Positions 10,466 through 19,466 of a stretch of 64,000 nt of DNA are shown here, one piece after another. The DNA is from an uncultured Actinomycetes bacterium. Lineage in GTDB: Bacteria > Actinomycetota > Actinomycetes > Streptosporangiales > Streptosporangiaceae. A program made the position numbers and the translations under genes. Positions within the stretch are counted from its first letter, which is position 1. Every line of letters begins with the position of its first letter. Under the pieces are notes generated by a model, which did not search any database, was not told where the DNA came from, and saw only the letters and a program-made list of their open reading frames with translations. The stretch covers positions 112,606 to 176,605 of the forward strand of contig CAWAES010000048.1 in the NCBI GenBank assembly GCA_963781085.1, read 5' to 3'.

Positions 10466-10984
10466 GTGATCCTCCCGAAGGTCCGGGACCTTCGCTTCGT
10501 GACGATCCGCCGCGGTGGGACCCTGACCGATTCGGATCACCAGCTCCTCGCTCTGTGGGCGGCGTCGTGCGCGGAGCACGTCCTTGGCCTCTTCGAGTCG
10601 GCTCAGCCTGAGGACCCACGACCGCGTCAGGCCATCGGGTGCGCCCGCGCCTGGGTGCGTGGCGAGGTCACGATGACCCAGGCTCGCACGGCGGCCGGCC
10701 ATGCCATGGCCGCGGCCAGAGACCTGCGTGGGGCAGCGCGGCATGCCGCGTACGCTGCTGGCCAGGCCGGGGCCGTCCCGCACGTCGCCGCGCACGAACT
10801 CGGTGCGGCCGCCTATGCGATCAAGGCCGTGCGTGCTGGCGCGCCGGGCGAAGGTGAGGGCGAGGGTGCGGGGCGACTCGAGTGCCGGTGGCAGCGCGAC
10901 CAGCTCCCGGAGCCGATTCTCGAGCTCGTACTCGACGACCAGCGGCTGCGGAACGACATCTGCTGGTCGGTGTTTGACTGCTGA
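10466..10984 (+). CDS. conserved hypothetical protein (172 aa), helical; possibly an immunity-protein-like family
   Basis: Intact track ORF MILPKVRDLRFVTIRRGGTLTDSDHQLLALWAASCAEHVL... with coherent composition. I only weakly recall similar actinobacterial proteins. Confidence 0.6.
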   Translation: MILPKVRDLRFVTIRRGGTLTDSDHQLLALWAASCAEHVLGLFESAQPEDPRPRQAIGCARAWVRGEVTMTQARTAAGHAMAAARDLRGAARHAAYAAGQAGAVPHVAAHELGAAAYAIKAVRAGAPGEGEGEGAGRLECRWQRDQLPEPILELVLDDQRLRNDICWSVFDC

Positions 10985-11095
10985 GCGCGCGCCAGGGACG
11001 CAAGCACGGCCCACAGGCGCGTGGCGCGGCCGCGGTGACCTGACTCGTGCGGACGGGCGATGTCACAGCCGGAGGCGGGGATCGCAACTAGGGAT

Positions 11096-11684
11096 ATGGG
11101 CACTGAGGCAAGAGCACCGGTGAGGACGACGCGAGAGCGGACCGGCCGCGGAGAGGGCGAGCCCGCCGGGCCTGCCGCTCGAGGAGTTCGAGCAGGTATA
11201 CCTGCGCAACGTCAACGTCCTCATGGGCTACTTCGCACGCCGGTGCCGCGATCCGCACACGGTCGCCGATCTCACCTCCGAGACGTTCGTCCGGGCCATG
11301 GACGGCTTCGCCGGGTTCGACCCTCGCCGGGGATCGGACCGGGCCTGGCTGTTCGGCATCGCCTCCCGCGTGTTCGCCCGCCACTGCGAGCAGTCGGCGG
11401 GCGGCCGGGACGCGGTCGCGCGTCTGGGCGGCCACCGGGCGCTTGACGAGGACGAGATCGAGGAGCTCGCGGAGCGGATCGACGCCGAGCGCGAGGGCGC
11501 CGCGCTCATGCGGCGATGCGCGCAACTGCCTGCAGTCGAGCGGGCGGCGATCGAGCTCGTCGACCTGGAGGGGCTCACCCCGAAGGAGGCGGCGGTGGCC
11601 CTCGGCGTCTCCCGTGTCGCATTCCGGAAGCGGTTGTCCCGGGCGAGGTCCCGGCTGATAAAGGAGCACCAAGGCAATGACTAA
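11096..11684 (+). CDS. ECF sigma-70 family factor, apparent frameshift near 11165-11172
   Basis: The track ORF from 11223 lacks the start of region 2. Upstream in frame reads LPLEEFEQVYLRNVNVL with no start codon. ATG 11096 (MGTEARAPV...) is in the adjacent frame. Region 4 reads IELVDLEGLTPKEAAVALGVSRVAFRKRLSRA. Confidence 0.75.
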
Positions 11685-12212
11685 GTTCACAGACCATCTC
11701 TGGCATGATCTCGTCCAGGAACACGGCGCGACCCTCGCGCACGCCGACCGGCCCGAGCCGGGCCGGGCCCGTCGCCTCCGGCGCCCGCGCGTTCTCGCGG
11801 GCGGCACGCTCGCGCTGGCGGGGCCGGCACGGCGCTTGCGTTCGTCCTGGGCGCCGTGGGCAGCACGCCGGCGTGGGCCGTCACGACCAGCAGCGACGGC
11901 TCGGTGCTGGTGACGATCAACCAGCTCTCGGCGCTTCCCCAGGCGAACGCTAAGCTCGCCGCAATGGGAACTCACGAGCAGGTCACGCTCTCTATGGCGT
12001 CCGGGGCAGCGGCCGTCAGCGGCCCGGTCACCTGTACGCCGGCGGCGGGTGTGACGGGGCCGGCGGTGAAGGTTCTCGTGGGCAAGAACGGCACGGAGGT
12101 CATCTCGGCGGCCAACGGAAACACCGGCGCTGGCACCTGGCACCTGGCCTCCTGCACCGTGACGGGTGACAACGGCTCGGGCAACTCCGGCAACACGGGC
12201 CCGGGCAACTGA
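11677..12212 (+). CDS. membrane-anchored protein co-transcribed with the sigma factor (anti-sigma-like position), missing base near 11821-11824
   Basis: MTKFTDHLWHDLVQEHGATL...GGTLALAG, then a shift to AGTALAFVLGAVGSTPAWAVTTSSDGSVLVTINQLSALPQANAKL... Its start overlaps the sigma stop. Confidence 0.65.
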
Positions 12213-12220
12213 GTGATCCG

Positions 12221-14428
12221 GTGACAGCCGCCGGCGCCCGCCTGGAGCGGGCGCCGGCGGCGGCCCGGCTGGCGGTCTGGCCCCCGGATGAAGGCGGGGG
12301 CCAGACCCGTGCGTGGTGGCCGTGGGCGGTCGTCGCGGCCGCGGTCGGATGGAACCTCACGAACCTGCGGGCGCTCACGCTCGGGGTCACGTACCTGAAC
12401 GACAGCTCGCTGCACGAGCAGATGGTGCGGTTCGCGACCGCGCAGCTGCGGGCCGGGCACCTGCCGCTGACCAGCTGGTTCCCGTTCCTGGGGGAGGGGT
12501 CGCCGCAGTTCCTGCACTACCAGAGCCTGCCCGCCGTCCTGACCGGCGCGCTCGGTCTGCTGACCGGGCCGGACGTGGCGTTCCGCTGGTCGCTGTACCT
12601 GCTCTTGTCGCTGTGGCCGGTCAGCGTCTACCTGTCGGCCCGCGCGTTCGGGGCGGGCAGGCCGGCCGCGGCCGCATCGGCTGCGATGGCTCCGTTCCTG
12701 GTGAGCGTCACGGGGGTCGGCTACGAGCAGCACGCCTACCTGTGGACGGGGTTCGGCGTCTGGACGCAGCTGTGGGCGTCGTGGACGCTGCCGCTCGCCT
12801 GGGGCTGGAGCTGGCGGGCGATCCGCGACGGTCGCGGCTACCTGCCGGCGGTGCTGGCGACCGCGCTCACCGTCGCGCTGCACTTCGAGACCGGCTACCT
12901 GGCGCTGTCGGTGCTGCTGGTCTGGCCGCTGGTCGCGGGCAGGCCGCTCGGGGTCCGGTTGCGGCGGGCTGGCGTCCTGCTCGGTGGGTCGCTGCTCGCG
13001 GCGGCGTGGGTGATCGTCCCGCTGGTGGAGCAGCGGCGGTGGGCGGCGGTCAACGAGCCGCTGCAGGGCAGCGGGCTCGTCAACGGCTACGGCGCGCGTC
13101 TCGTGCTCGACTGGCTGGTCTCCGGGCAGCTGCTCGACTACGGCCGGCTGCCCGTCGTGACCGTGTTCGCAGCGCTCGGGTTCGGACTGGCGTGGCTGGC
13201 CTGGTCGTCGGCCGCCGACGCCCGGGCCCTGCTGGCCGCGCTCGCGGTGTGCCTGCTGCTCGCGTTCGGCCGCACGACGTTCGGGTCGCTCGCCGGGGTG
13301 ATCCCGGGCGGCGCCGACCTCTTCTTCCGCCGGTTCATGATGGGCGTGCAGCTCGCCGCGCTGCTGCTCGCCGGCCGGGGAGCAGCGTGGCTGGCGGCGC
13401 GATGCGCACGGCTGCTCGAAGGCCGGGTCTCGCGCTGGCCGCCGGGCCTGTCCCCGGCGGCCGCGGCGGTCGTGGCGGCTGCGGTGCTCGCGCCCGCGTG
13501 GCTTCAGCTCGGCGCCTACGACCGCCATGACGGCGCCGCGATCGCCGCCCAGCGCCGCGCGGACCACACCGAGGGCGCCGACGTCGATCGCCTCGTCGCG
13601 GTGATAGAACGCGGCGGCGGCGGCCGGACGTACGCGGGGATGCCCTCGAACTGGGGCCAGGACTTCACCGTCGGGGCGGTCCCGGTGTTCAAGTACCTGG
13701 AGAGCCGCGACGTCGACGAGGTCGGCTACACCCTGCGGACGGCGTCGCTGATGACCGGCCCGGAGTACTTCCTCGACGACCGCGACCCCTCCGACTACCG
13801 GCTGTTCGGGATCCGCTACCTCATCCTTCCCGCCCGCACCCGGCCGCCGGTGCGGGCCCGGCTGACGATGCGCTCCGGCCCCTACTGGCTGTGGACGATC
13901 GACGGCGCCGGCTACGTCCAGGCCGGCCGGATCGCCGGCAGGATCCCGGCGAACCGGACCAACCTGGGCGCCCGCAGCCGTCCTGTGCTCAGCTCCGGGC
14001 TCGCCGCGGGCGGCGCGTATCTCGGCGTCAGGTACGGCGCCGCCGGTGGCGGGGACGGCCGCCTGCCGCCGGTGCGAAGCCAGCCTCCGGCCGGCCAGGT
14101 CAGCGCGGAACGCGCCGACCTCGCCGATGGGGAGGCCGCGGCGACGCTGCAGATGCGCCGTCCCGGAATCGCGGTGCTCAGCGCCTCCTACGACCCCGGG
14201 TGGACGGCCACCGTGAACGGCCGCCCGCGACCGGTCCAGATGGTGGCGCCGGCGCTCGCCGCGGTCGGCGTCCCCGCGGGCACAGACCACGTCGTGTTCC
14301 GTTTCCACGGGTACCGCGGCTACCCGGAATTGCTCGCGCTGAGCGGCCTCACCCTCGCTGGGGTCGCCCTCGCGCCGGTGTACGCGCGGCGGCGCCGCCG
14401 CGCTTCAGCGGGCGCCCAGATGCGCTGA
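12221..14428 (+). CDS. large polytopic membrane protein (735 aa); GT-C/YfhO-like glycosyltransferase architecture suspected
   Basis: Intact track ORF with about 12 or more hydrophobic segments in the first 450 aa, then a soluble C-terminal domain and a final TM segment. The family call rests on architecture only. Confidence 0.7.
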   Translation: MTAAGARLERAPAAARLAVWPPDEGGGQTRAWWPWAVVAAAVGWNLTNLRALTLGVTYLNDSSLHEQMVRFATAQLRAGHLPLTSWFPFLGEGSPQFLHYQSLPAVLTGALGLLTGPDVAFRWSLYLLLSLWPVSVYLSARAFGAGRPAAAASAAMAPFLVSVTGVGYEQHAYLWTGFGVWTQLWASWTLPLAWGWSWRAIRDGRGYLPAVLATALTVALHFETGYLALSVLLVWPLVAGRPLGVRLRRAGVLLGGSLLAAAWVIVPLVEQRRWAAVNEPLQGSGLVNGYGARLVLDWLVSGQLLDYGRLPVVTVFAALGFGLAWLAWSSAADARALLAALAVCLLLAFGRTTFGSLAGVIPGGADLFFRRFMMGVQLAALLLAGRGAAWLAARCARLLEGRVSRWPPGLSPAAAAVVAAAVLAPAWLQLGAYDRHDGAAIAAQRRADHTEGADVDRLVAVIERGGGGRTYAGMPSNWGQDFTVGAVPVFKYLESRDVDEVGYTLRTASLMTGPEYFLDDRDPSDYRLFGIRYLILPARTRPPVRARLTMRSGPYWLWTIDGAGYVQAGRIAGRIPANRTNLGARSRPVLSSGLAAGGAYLGVRYGAAGGGDGRLPPVRSQPPAGQVSAERADLADGEAAATLQMRRPGIAVLSASYDPGWTATVNGRPRPVQMVAPALAAVGVPAGTDHVVFRFHGYRGYPELLALSGLTLAGVALAPVYARRRRRASAGAQMR

Positions 14429-14472
14429 GACGACGAGCCAGACTGGCTGACAACCTGTCCCCGCGGGGGCTC

Positions 14473-14515
14473 GGCGACACTCTCGGTACGGTGGGCGACG
14501 CTCTCGGTTACGGTG
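14473..14515 (+). repeat. tandem 21/22-bp duplication
   Basis: GGCGACACTCTCGGTACGGTG followed by GGCGACGCTCTCGGTTACGGTG, directly upstream of the polycysteine sORF. Confidence 0.8.
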
Positions 14516-14520
14516 AAGGT

Positions 14521-14562
14521 ATGTGCTGCTGCACTGCCATGAACATCTGTACCGCCGCTTAG
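14521..14562 (+). CDS. 13-codon polycysteine small ORF (MCCCTAMNICTAA), candidate leader peptide
   Basis: ATG TGC TGC TGC ... TAG. Its 3' end lies inside the left arm of a 12-bp hairpin. No well-spaced SD is present, so it could be leaderless. Confidence 0.35.
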   Translation: MCCCTAMNICTAA

Positions 14563-14573
14563 CGGCGGTACAG
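14547..14573 (+). promoter_or_regulatory. 12-bp perfect hairpin overlapping the sORF stop; its right arm can alternatively pair with 14623..14631
   Basis: CTGTACCGCCGC-TTA-GCGGCGGTACAG. A third segment, GTACCGCCG at 14623..14631, repeats the left arm. Confidence 0.45.
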
Positions 14574-14704
14574 GGGCTGCCGTGACCGTGGCCTCAACGC
14601 CTGCCCGTGCCGGGGTCAGTGCGTACCGCCGGATCAGTGTCCCGCCGGCAGCCACTCGCGTATCCAACCTGCGCTGCCGGACGTCCTGCCTGATCAGGGG
14701 AGTC

Positions 14705-15208
14705 ATGTCTCAGTCGCAGCGATCCGAGTCACATCCACAGTGCGAAGAACCGTTCCTGTACCCGTACGCCACCACGATGTTCCTGATGGTCGGGCTCCCC
14801 GGGGCCGGGAAGACTACCCGGGCCAAAGAGCTCGCCGCGGCGCACCGGGCGCTGCGGCTGACCCCGGATCACTGGATGATCCCGCTGTTCGGCGATCCGA
14901 TGGCCAGCGGCAAGCGGTTCGCACTGGAAGGGCGGCTCATCTCAGTTGCCCTGCAGGCGCTGCGGCTGGGGACCAGCGTCGTGCTCGACTACGGGCTCTG
15001 GGGCCGCGATGAACGGTCGGCGCTGCGGTGGCTGGCCCGCTCAGCCGGGGCCTTCTGCCAGGTGGTCTACCTGCCCGTGGACAAGGACGTCCAGCTCGCC
15101 CGGATCGCGTACCGCCAGGAAACGGCACCGCACCAGACGTTCCCGATGAGCGAGGCCGACGTGCTGTCACGGGACCCCTTCCAGCCGCTTCCCTCAGAGT
15201 GCCGATAA
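14705..15208 (+). CDS. P-loop kinase/ATPase (AAA_33 / zeta-toxin-like fold)
   Basis: ATG follows AGGGGAG. Walker A motif MFLMVGLPGAGKTTRAKELA is present, followed by LDYGLWGRDERSALR. Confidence 0.75.
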   Translation: MSQSQRSESHPQCEEPFLYPYATTMFLMVGLPGAGKTTRAKELAAAHRALRLTPDHWMIPLFGDPMASGKRFALEGRLISVALQALRLGTSVVLDYGLWGRDERSALRWLARSAGAFCQVVYLPVDKDVQLARIAYRQETAPHQTFPMSEADVLSRDPFQPLPSECR

Positions 15209-15228
15209 TGAGCATTATGTTAAGTAGC

Positions 15229-15365
15229 GATCTGGGTACCGCCTCTTCTGCCCCCGTATCCTGTTGTGGCTTCTCACTCAAGTTTTCATTTTTCTCGTTG
15301 AGCGTTGCAAGTCTTCTCACGCAGATTTCAACTGCCGTGCCGTCACTGCGCTGTCCTAGGACACC
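15229..15365 (+). mobile_element. degenerate IS-derived remnant related to 18086..18313 (shorter, more diverged)
   Basis: Low-GC patch. It shares GATC...GTGGCTTCTCA-N-CAAG-NN-TTCATTTTT-CT and a diverged tail with the 18.1-kb copy, with about 55 nt missing internally (alignment by eye). Confidence 0.35.
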
Positions 15366-15380
15366 GAGTTGACCGTTTGC

Positions 15381-16004
15381 TCAGACGGGAAGTTCGGTGA
15401 TGCTGAGCGCGAAGTCCAGGTTCCCCACCCCGTGGTTGGCGAGGCCCACCGTGACCACGCCTGCTCCTTCCAGCCAGTGCGCCATTTTCAGGCCGCCGAC
15501 GTCCAGGGGGCGCAGCCCGAGGCTCTCGATGAACGCCTCCACACTTGCCTTGGCCTGCGCATTCTCGCCAGCGATGAAGACGTCGGGCCGGCCCTTCTCC
15601 AGGACCTGACGGAAGATGGTGTTGAACGCCTTCACCACGCTGGCGCTGGCCGGGGCCGCCTTGGCGACTTCCTGCGCGATCGAGGTCTCCTCGCGGTGGG
15701 CTAGCCCGTCGAACGTGGAATTGAAGGGATTGCTGATGTCGACGATGATCTTGCCCGCGAGAGCGTCTCCGTACTGGGCGACGACCGGCACGACGCCGTC
15801 GTGCAACAGGGCCACGATGACGATGTCCCCGGCCGGGGCGGTGCCCCACTCTCCCGTCGTGGCGCCCCCGCCGAGAGCCCTGGCCAGGTCAGCGGCCTTG
15901 GACTGATCGCGGCCCATGACCTCGACAGTGTTGCCGCCCGCTACCGCCCGCGCGCCGATGGTGCGGGCCATGTTCCCGGTGCCGATGATGCTGATGCTGC
16001 TCAT
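15381..16004 (-). CDS. NADPH-dependent F420 reductase family (NADP oxidoreductase, coenzyme F420-dependent)
   Basis: MSSISIIGTGNMARTIGARAVAGGNTVEVMGRD (Rossmann fold), with length and pattern typical of NpdG-like proteins. Confidence 0.8.
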   Translation of the reverse strand: MSSISIIGTGNMARTIGARAVAGGNTVEVMGRDQSKAADLARALGGGATTGEWGTAPAGDIVIVALLHDGVVPVVAQYGDALAGKIIVDISNPFNSTFDGLAHREETSIAQEVAKAAPASASVVKAFNTIFRQVLEKGRPDVFIAGENAQAKASVEAFIESLGLRPLDVGGLKMAHWLEGAGVVTVGLANHGVGNLDFALSITELPV

Positions 16005-16037
16005 GAGATGTCCTGCCCTGGTTGTGGGTTGCCCGGT

Positions 16038-16772
16038 TTAGATGGCGGTGGTGCCGCCGTCGGCGACGAGTTCCATGCCGTTGACGTAGCTGGAGTCGTC
16101 GGAGGCGAGGAAGAGGGCGGCGGCGGCGATTTCGTCGGGGTGGCCCATCTGGCCGCGGGGGATGAGGGACTCGAACTGGCGCTTGGTGGCCTCGTCGAAG
16201 AGTTCTTCCTGCTTGGCGGTGGCGACCTGGCCGGGGGTGAGGACGTTGACGCGGATGCGGCGGTCCTTGAGCTCGTTGAGCCAGACGCGGGCCCAGGCCT
16301 GCTGGACGGCCTTGCTGCCGGCGTAGACGCTCCAGCCGGGGAAGGCGCCGAGGGAGGCGTTGGAGCCGGTCATGAGGATGGAGCCGCCGTCGTTGAAGAG
16401 CGGGAGGGCCTTCTGGACGGTGAACAGGGTGCCGCGGGCGTTGAGCCCGAACCAGGTGTCGAACTGGGCCTCGGTGATCTCGCCGAGCGGGGCGGGCTCG
16501 CCGCCGCCGGCGCTGGCCCACAGCACGTCGAGGCTGCCCTTCTCCCGCTTGACGGTGTCGTACAGGCGGTCCAGGTCGTCCAGGTCGGCGGCGTCGCCCT
16601 GGACGCCGGTGACGTTGCGGCCGATCTGCTTCACGGCCGCCTCCAGGGCGTCCTGGCGGCGGCCGGTGATGAAGACGTACGCTCCCTCGTCGGCGAACAG
16701 CTTCGCGCCGGCCAGCGCCATGCCGGTGGTGCCGCCGGTGATGACCGCTACCTTGCCGTCAAGCTTTCCCAT
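16038..16772 (-). CDS. SDR-family oxidoreductase
   Basis: GKVAVITGGTTGMALAGAKLF..., MTGSNAS, YAGSKAV. Confidence 0.9.
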   Translation of the reverse strand: MGKLDGKVAVITGGTTGMALAGAKLFADEGAYVFITGRRQDALEAAVKQIGRNVTGVQGDAADLDDLDRLYDTVKREKGSLDVLWASAGGGEPAPLGEITEAQFDTWFGLNARGTLFTVQKALPLFNDGGSILMTGSNASLGAFPGWSVYAGSKAVQQAWARVWLNELKDRRIRVNVLTPGQVATAKQEELFDEATKRQFESLIPRGQMGHPDEIAAAALFLASDDSSYVNGMELVADGGTTAI

Positions 16773-16820
16773 AGTCGCTCCCTTGGGTCGGTGGTGCCGT
16801 GCGCACCTGGGGTGACGGTG

Positions 16821-16894
16821 TTACATATACCGATCAGTGTGCTTACCGTACCGGGCGGGCGGCCGGGACGCAAACTATGTACACCGATCGTTAC
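16821..16894. promoter_or_regulatory. two related operator-like sites in the SDR/TetR divergent promoter region
   Basis: TTACATATACCGATCAGTGT (16821..16840) and CTATGTACACCGATCGTTAC (16875..16894). Each is partly palindromic around GATC. Confidence 0.5.
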
Positions 16895-16916
16895 CCAGCT
16901 GGGGTACCATGGACCC

Positions 16917-17528
16917 ATGACGGAGTTGGAGAAGGGCCCCAAGGGCCGCCGTCGCGGCCGGGGCGCCCGCGAGCGCATCCTCAGTGCGTCCCAGCAGCTG
17001 TTTCGCGAGCAGGGCATCAACCGCACCGGCATGGACCAGCTTTGCGCGGCGGCCCAGGTGTCCAAGCGCACGGCCTACCAGCACTTCACCGGCAAGGACG
17101 AACTCGTCGCCGAGTACCTGCGCCGGTTCGACCCCTCCGTTCTGTCCGGCGTGTTCGACCGCACTGACCTCACGCCCCGCGAACGGCTCCTCGCCGCCTT
17201 CGACATCCCCCCCACCACCCCCCTGTGCCCCTACATCGCCGCCGCCGTCGAACTCCACGACCCCCAGCACCCCGCATCCCAGTACGCACGCGACTATAAG
17301 AAAGCCGTCGCCGCGCGGCTCGCCGACACCGCCCGCGAAGCCGGCGCCGCTGACCCTGAACAGCTCGGTGAGCAGCTCGCGCTGCTCATCGACGGCGCCG
17401 CGGCCCGCACCCGGGTCCTCAACGCCGACGCCTTCCCCGCCGCCGCCGCCATCGCCGTCGTCCTCATCGACAACGCCATCCCCGCCACAGCCAGCGATGA
17501 CCGGCGACGGGAGGAAGTGTCAAGTTAA
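16917..17528 (+). CDS. TetR-family transcriptional regulator
   Basis: Only the last 203 codons of the 575-aa track ORF are credible: MTELEKGPKGRRRGRGARERILSASQQLFREQGINRTGMDQLCAAAQVSKRTAYQHF. Confidence 0.9.
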   Translation: MTELEKGPKGRRRGRGARERILSASQQLFREQGINRTGMDQLCAAAQVSKRTAYQHFTGKDELVAEYLRRFDPSVLSGVFDRTDLTPRERLLAAFDIPPTTPLCPYIAAAVELHDPQHPASQYARDYKKAVAARLADTAREAGAADPEQLGEQLALLIDGAAARTRVLNADAFPAAAAIAVVLIDNAIPATASDDRRREEVSS

Positions 17529-17662
17529 CTTGGCACTCCGCGGCCGGGGCTGGCCGCCCGCCTGCTGAAGGCCGCAGCAGAAGCCGCCGGGGAGACCGGC
17601 GACTCCCGAGGACCCGCCGACGTGGTCGGGCCTGGCAGCTGCTGGCCCCGCACGCTGCCGTA

Positions 17663-18139
17663 GTGCTGAACAGCTTCAGCGCTCTGCCGGACAGCTCAGA
17701 CGAGACGATCGGGGCGGTAGCAGACGCTGCGTATATGGCGGCCCGGTACCGGGCAAGCCAGGGATCTTACGCTGCGGATGCAGCCGAATACGGCGAGATC
17801 TTCACCCAGCGGCCACCGGGAACTGCCGAGATGGGCCGGCTGATCTGGGATGTCCGGCGCCTGACCTCCAACCAGGTCAAGCGCGTTCGCGACCTGACAG
17901 AAGAACGAGCCAGAATGGCTGATGGCCACGGCCGGTGCCTACGTGTGGACACCGCCGCAGCCCGCCAGACCAGGATGCCCCAGACAGCCGGGCCAGCCGT
18001 AGCCGGACGTAACCCCCAGCAATTGAAGATCGTTAGGTTAGGCATCGAGGAACTTGCAATCTTCTGTGGGAACGAAGCTCCGAGATCGCTTAAGAAATGC
18101 CGGAAAAGTACGGCAGATCCCATGAAAACCATCTTGTAA
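17663..18139 (+). CDS. doubtful hypothetical ORF in a lower-GC patch (possibly decayed IS-associated sequence)
   Basis: The first ~90 codons look protein-like, but third-position GC is visibly lower than in neighbours and the 3' end runs into the IS remnant. Confidence 0.25.
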   Translation: MLNSFSALPDSSDETIGAVADAAYMAARYRASQGSYAADAAEYGEIFTQRPPGTAEMGRLIWDVRRLTSNQVKRVRDLTEERARMADGHGRCLRVDTAAARQTRMPQTAGPAVAGRNPQQLKIVRLGIEELAIFCGNEAPRSLKKCRKSTADPMKTIL

Positions 18140-18313
18140 CCCGACATCTCAGTGTGGCTTCTCAGGCAAGACTTCATTTTTTCTATCAACGGCCGCCTGG
18201 AGCACCTGCGCCGCTCCGTCCTCGGCTTCGCAACCTCACCAACTACATCGCCCGATCCCTACTCGAGACAGGCGGATTCAGACCCCGACTACACCCTGCA
18301 TTGGTGAAGAGCC
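18086..18313 (+). mobile_element. ISL3-family IS remnant: decayed transposase C-terminus plus terminal inverted repeat
   Basis: Translation INGRLEHLRRSVLGF, then a frameshift, then RNLTNYIARSLLETGGFRPRLHPAL. This resembles the conserved ISL3 transposase C-terminal end as I recall it. It ends with GAAGAGCC at 18306..18313 (reverse complement GGCTCTTC, the usual ISL3 end). Confidence 0.6.
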
Positions 18314-18509
18314 GCTCTTCCTGGGGGTCGGCCAAAGATACGACGGAAACCGGCAACCAGTGATCTTGAGTTGAACTTGCCGCAGGTGAGGTGCTGGGGC
18401 GGATCGGCGTGGGCTGCCCGACCAGGGACAGCGATGCGCAAACGCAGCCGGAGGCCCGATCTTGTGTCACCGTTCGCAGTGGACTTCTTCGCATACCCGC
18501 TCAGATCGG

Positions 18510-19091
18510 TCAACGGCGCACCCGATAGCGCAGGTGAAGCACCCGGTTGCCCTGAATCACCACGTCAGGATCCTCCAACATGTGCTGCGCCTGGACCGAC
18601 CCGAAGTAGCGCTTGCCGGACCCGAACACGACGGGTACGACGTCCATGCGCACCTCATCGATCAGGCCCGCGGCAAGCACCTGGCCCCCGACGTCGCCAG
18701 CGGCGACCTCGACCATGCGGTCACCCGCAAGCTGCTGCGCCTTGGCCACGGCTGCCTCGACGCCGTTGACGAAGTGAAACGGCGCCCCGGGGTCCCAGCC
18801 CTCGGGCTCCGGCCGGTGCGTGACGACGACCACGTGGTCGATCCCGCCCGGAGGCTTCCCGTCCCAGCCGTCTGTCATGTCGAAGACGTGGCGGCCGACG
18901 AGTGTCGCCCCGATCTGGTCCCAGTACGGCCGGATGTAGTCGTAGGACGTCTGCGACACCTTCACTGCGCCACTCTCGTCCAACGGGACGTCACCGCTGG
19001 ACAACCAGTTGAACAGCGGTCCAGGCTGGTCATTCTCGTCCGCGACGAAGCCGTCCACCGACACCGAGCTATACATGACCACCTTGCCCAC
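18510..19091 (-). CDS. dihydrofolate reductase family protein (RibD C-terminal domain type)
   Basis: MGKVVMYSSVSVDGFVADENDQ...LVGRHVFD...EVRMDVVPVVFGSGKRYF. Confidence 0.85.
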   Translation of the reverse strand: MGKVVMYSSVSVDGFVADENDQPGPLFNWLSSGDVPLDESGAVKVSQTSYDYIRPYWDQIGATLVGRHVFDMTDGWDGKPPGGIDHVVVVTHRPEPEGWDPGAPFHFVNGVEAAVAKAQQLAGDRMVEVAAGDVGGQVLAAGLIDEVRMDVVPVVFGSGKRYFGSVQAQHMLEDPDVVIQGNRVLHLRYRVRR

Positions 19092-19394
19092 GGGGCTCTC
19101 CTCTGCTTCGGGGTGCCCCCAAATTAGCGTGTCGTGAGCTGTCGCTCTTGTAAGAAATCAATCGGCCGGCCGCGGCCAGCTGTCCAGCACGTGGCCGGGA
19201 TGTTCGCGCAGGAACCGCCCGCCGGACTTCGACGTACAGGGTCGGCGTGAGCCCGGTGAACGCCCAGAACTCGTGGCCGACAAACTCGTGCCCGCACGGT
19301 GTCAGCCATCACACGATGGCCCGGCGGCCCGTAGATGTCTCCTGCGATCCTCGTCCATCAAAGGACAAGTCTCTCGGGGTGACCGGCAGGTTCA

Positions 19395-19450
19395 CGGAGC
19401 GGCCAGCCTGGGGCCTGACGCCCGGAGCGGCCAGCCTGGGGCCCGGACGC
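19395..19450 (+). repeat. 28-bp tandem duplication
   Basis: CGGAGCGGCCAGCCTGGGGCCTGACGCC followed by CGGAGCGGCCAGCCTGGGGCCCGGACGC. Confidence 0.85.
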
Positions 19451-19466
19451 CGTCCGGGCCCCAGGC
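19434..19466. terminator. 15-bp perfect hairpin followed by TTCTGT
   Basis: GCCTGGGGCCCGGAC-GCC-GTCCGGGCCCCAGGC, partly formed by the second repeat unit. Confidence 0.4.

Noticed and set aside
11972-14308. 778-aa ORF on the minus strand, the longest ORF in that area.
   Set aside because: Its composition is extreme in Arg/Pro/Gly/His/Asp with no hydrophobic core. It is the antisense shadow of the credible 12221..14428 membrane-protein gene, which is typical of very GC-rich DNA.
15801-16916. The first 372 codons of the 575-aa plus-strand ORF that ends as the TetR regulator.
   Set aside because: This part reads as Gly/Ala/Asp/Val repeats and lies antisense to the F420 reductase and SDR genes. 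The TetR protein starts at the internal ATG 16917.
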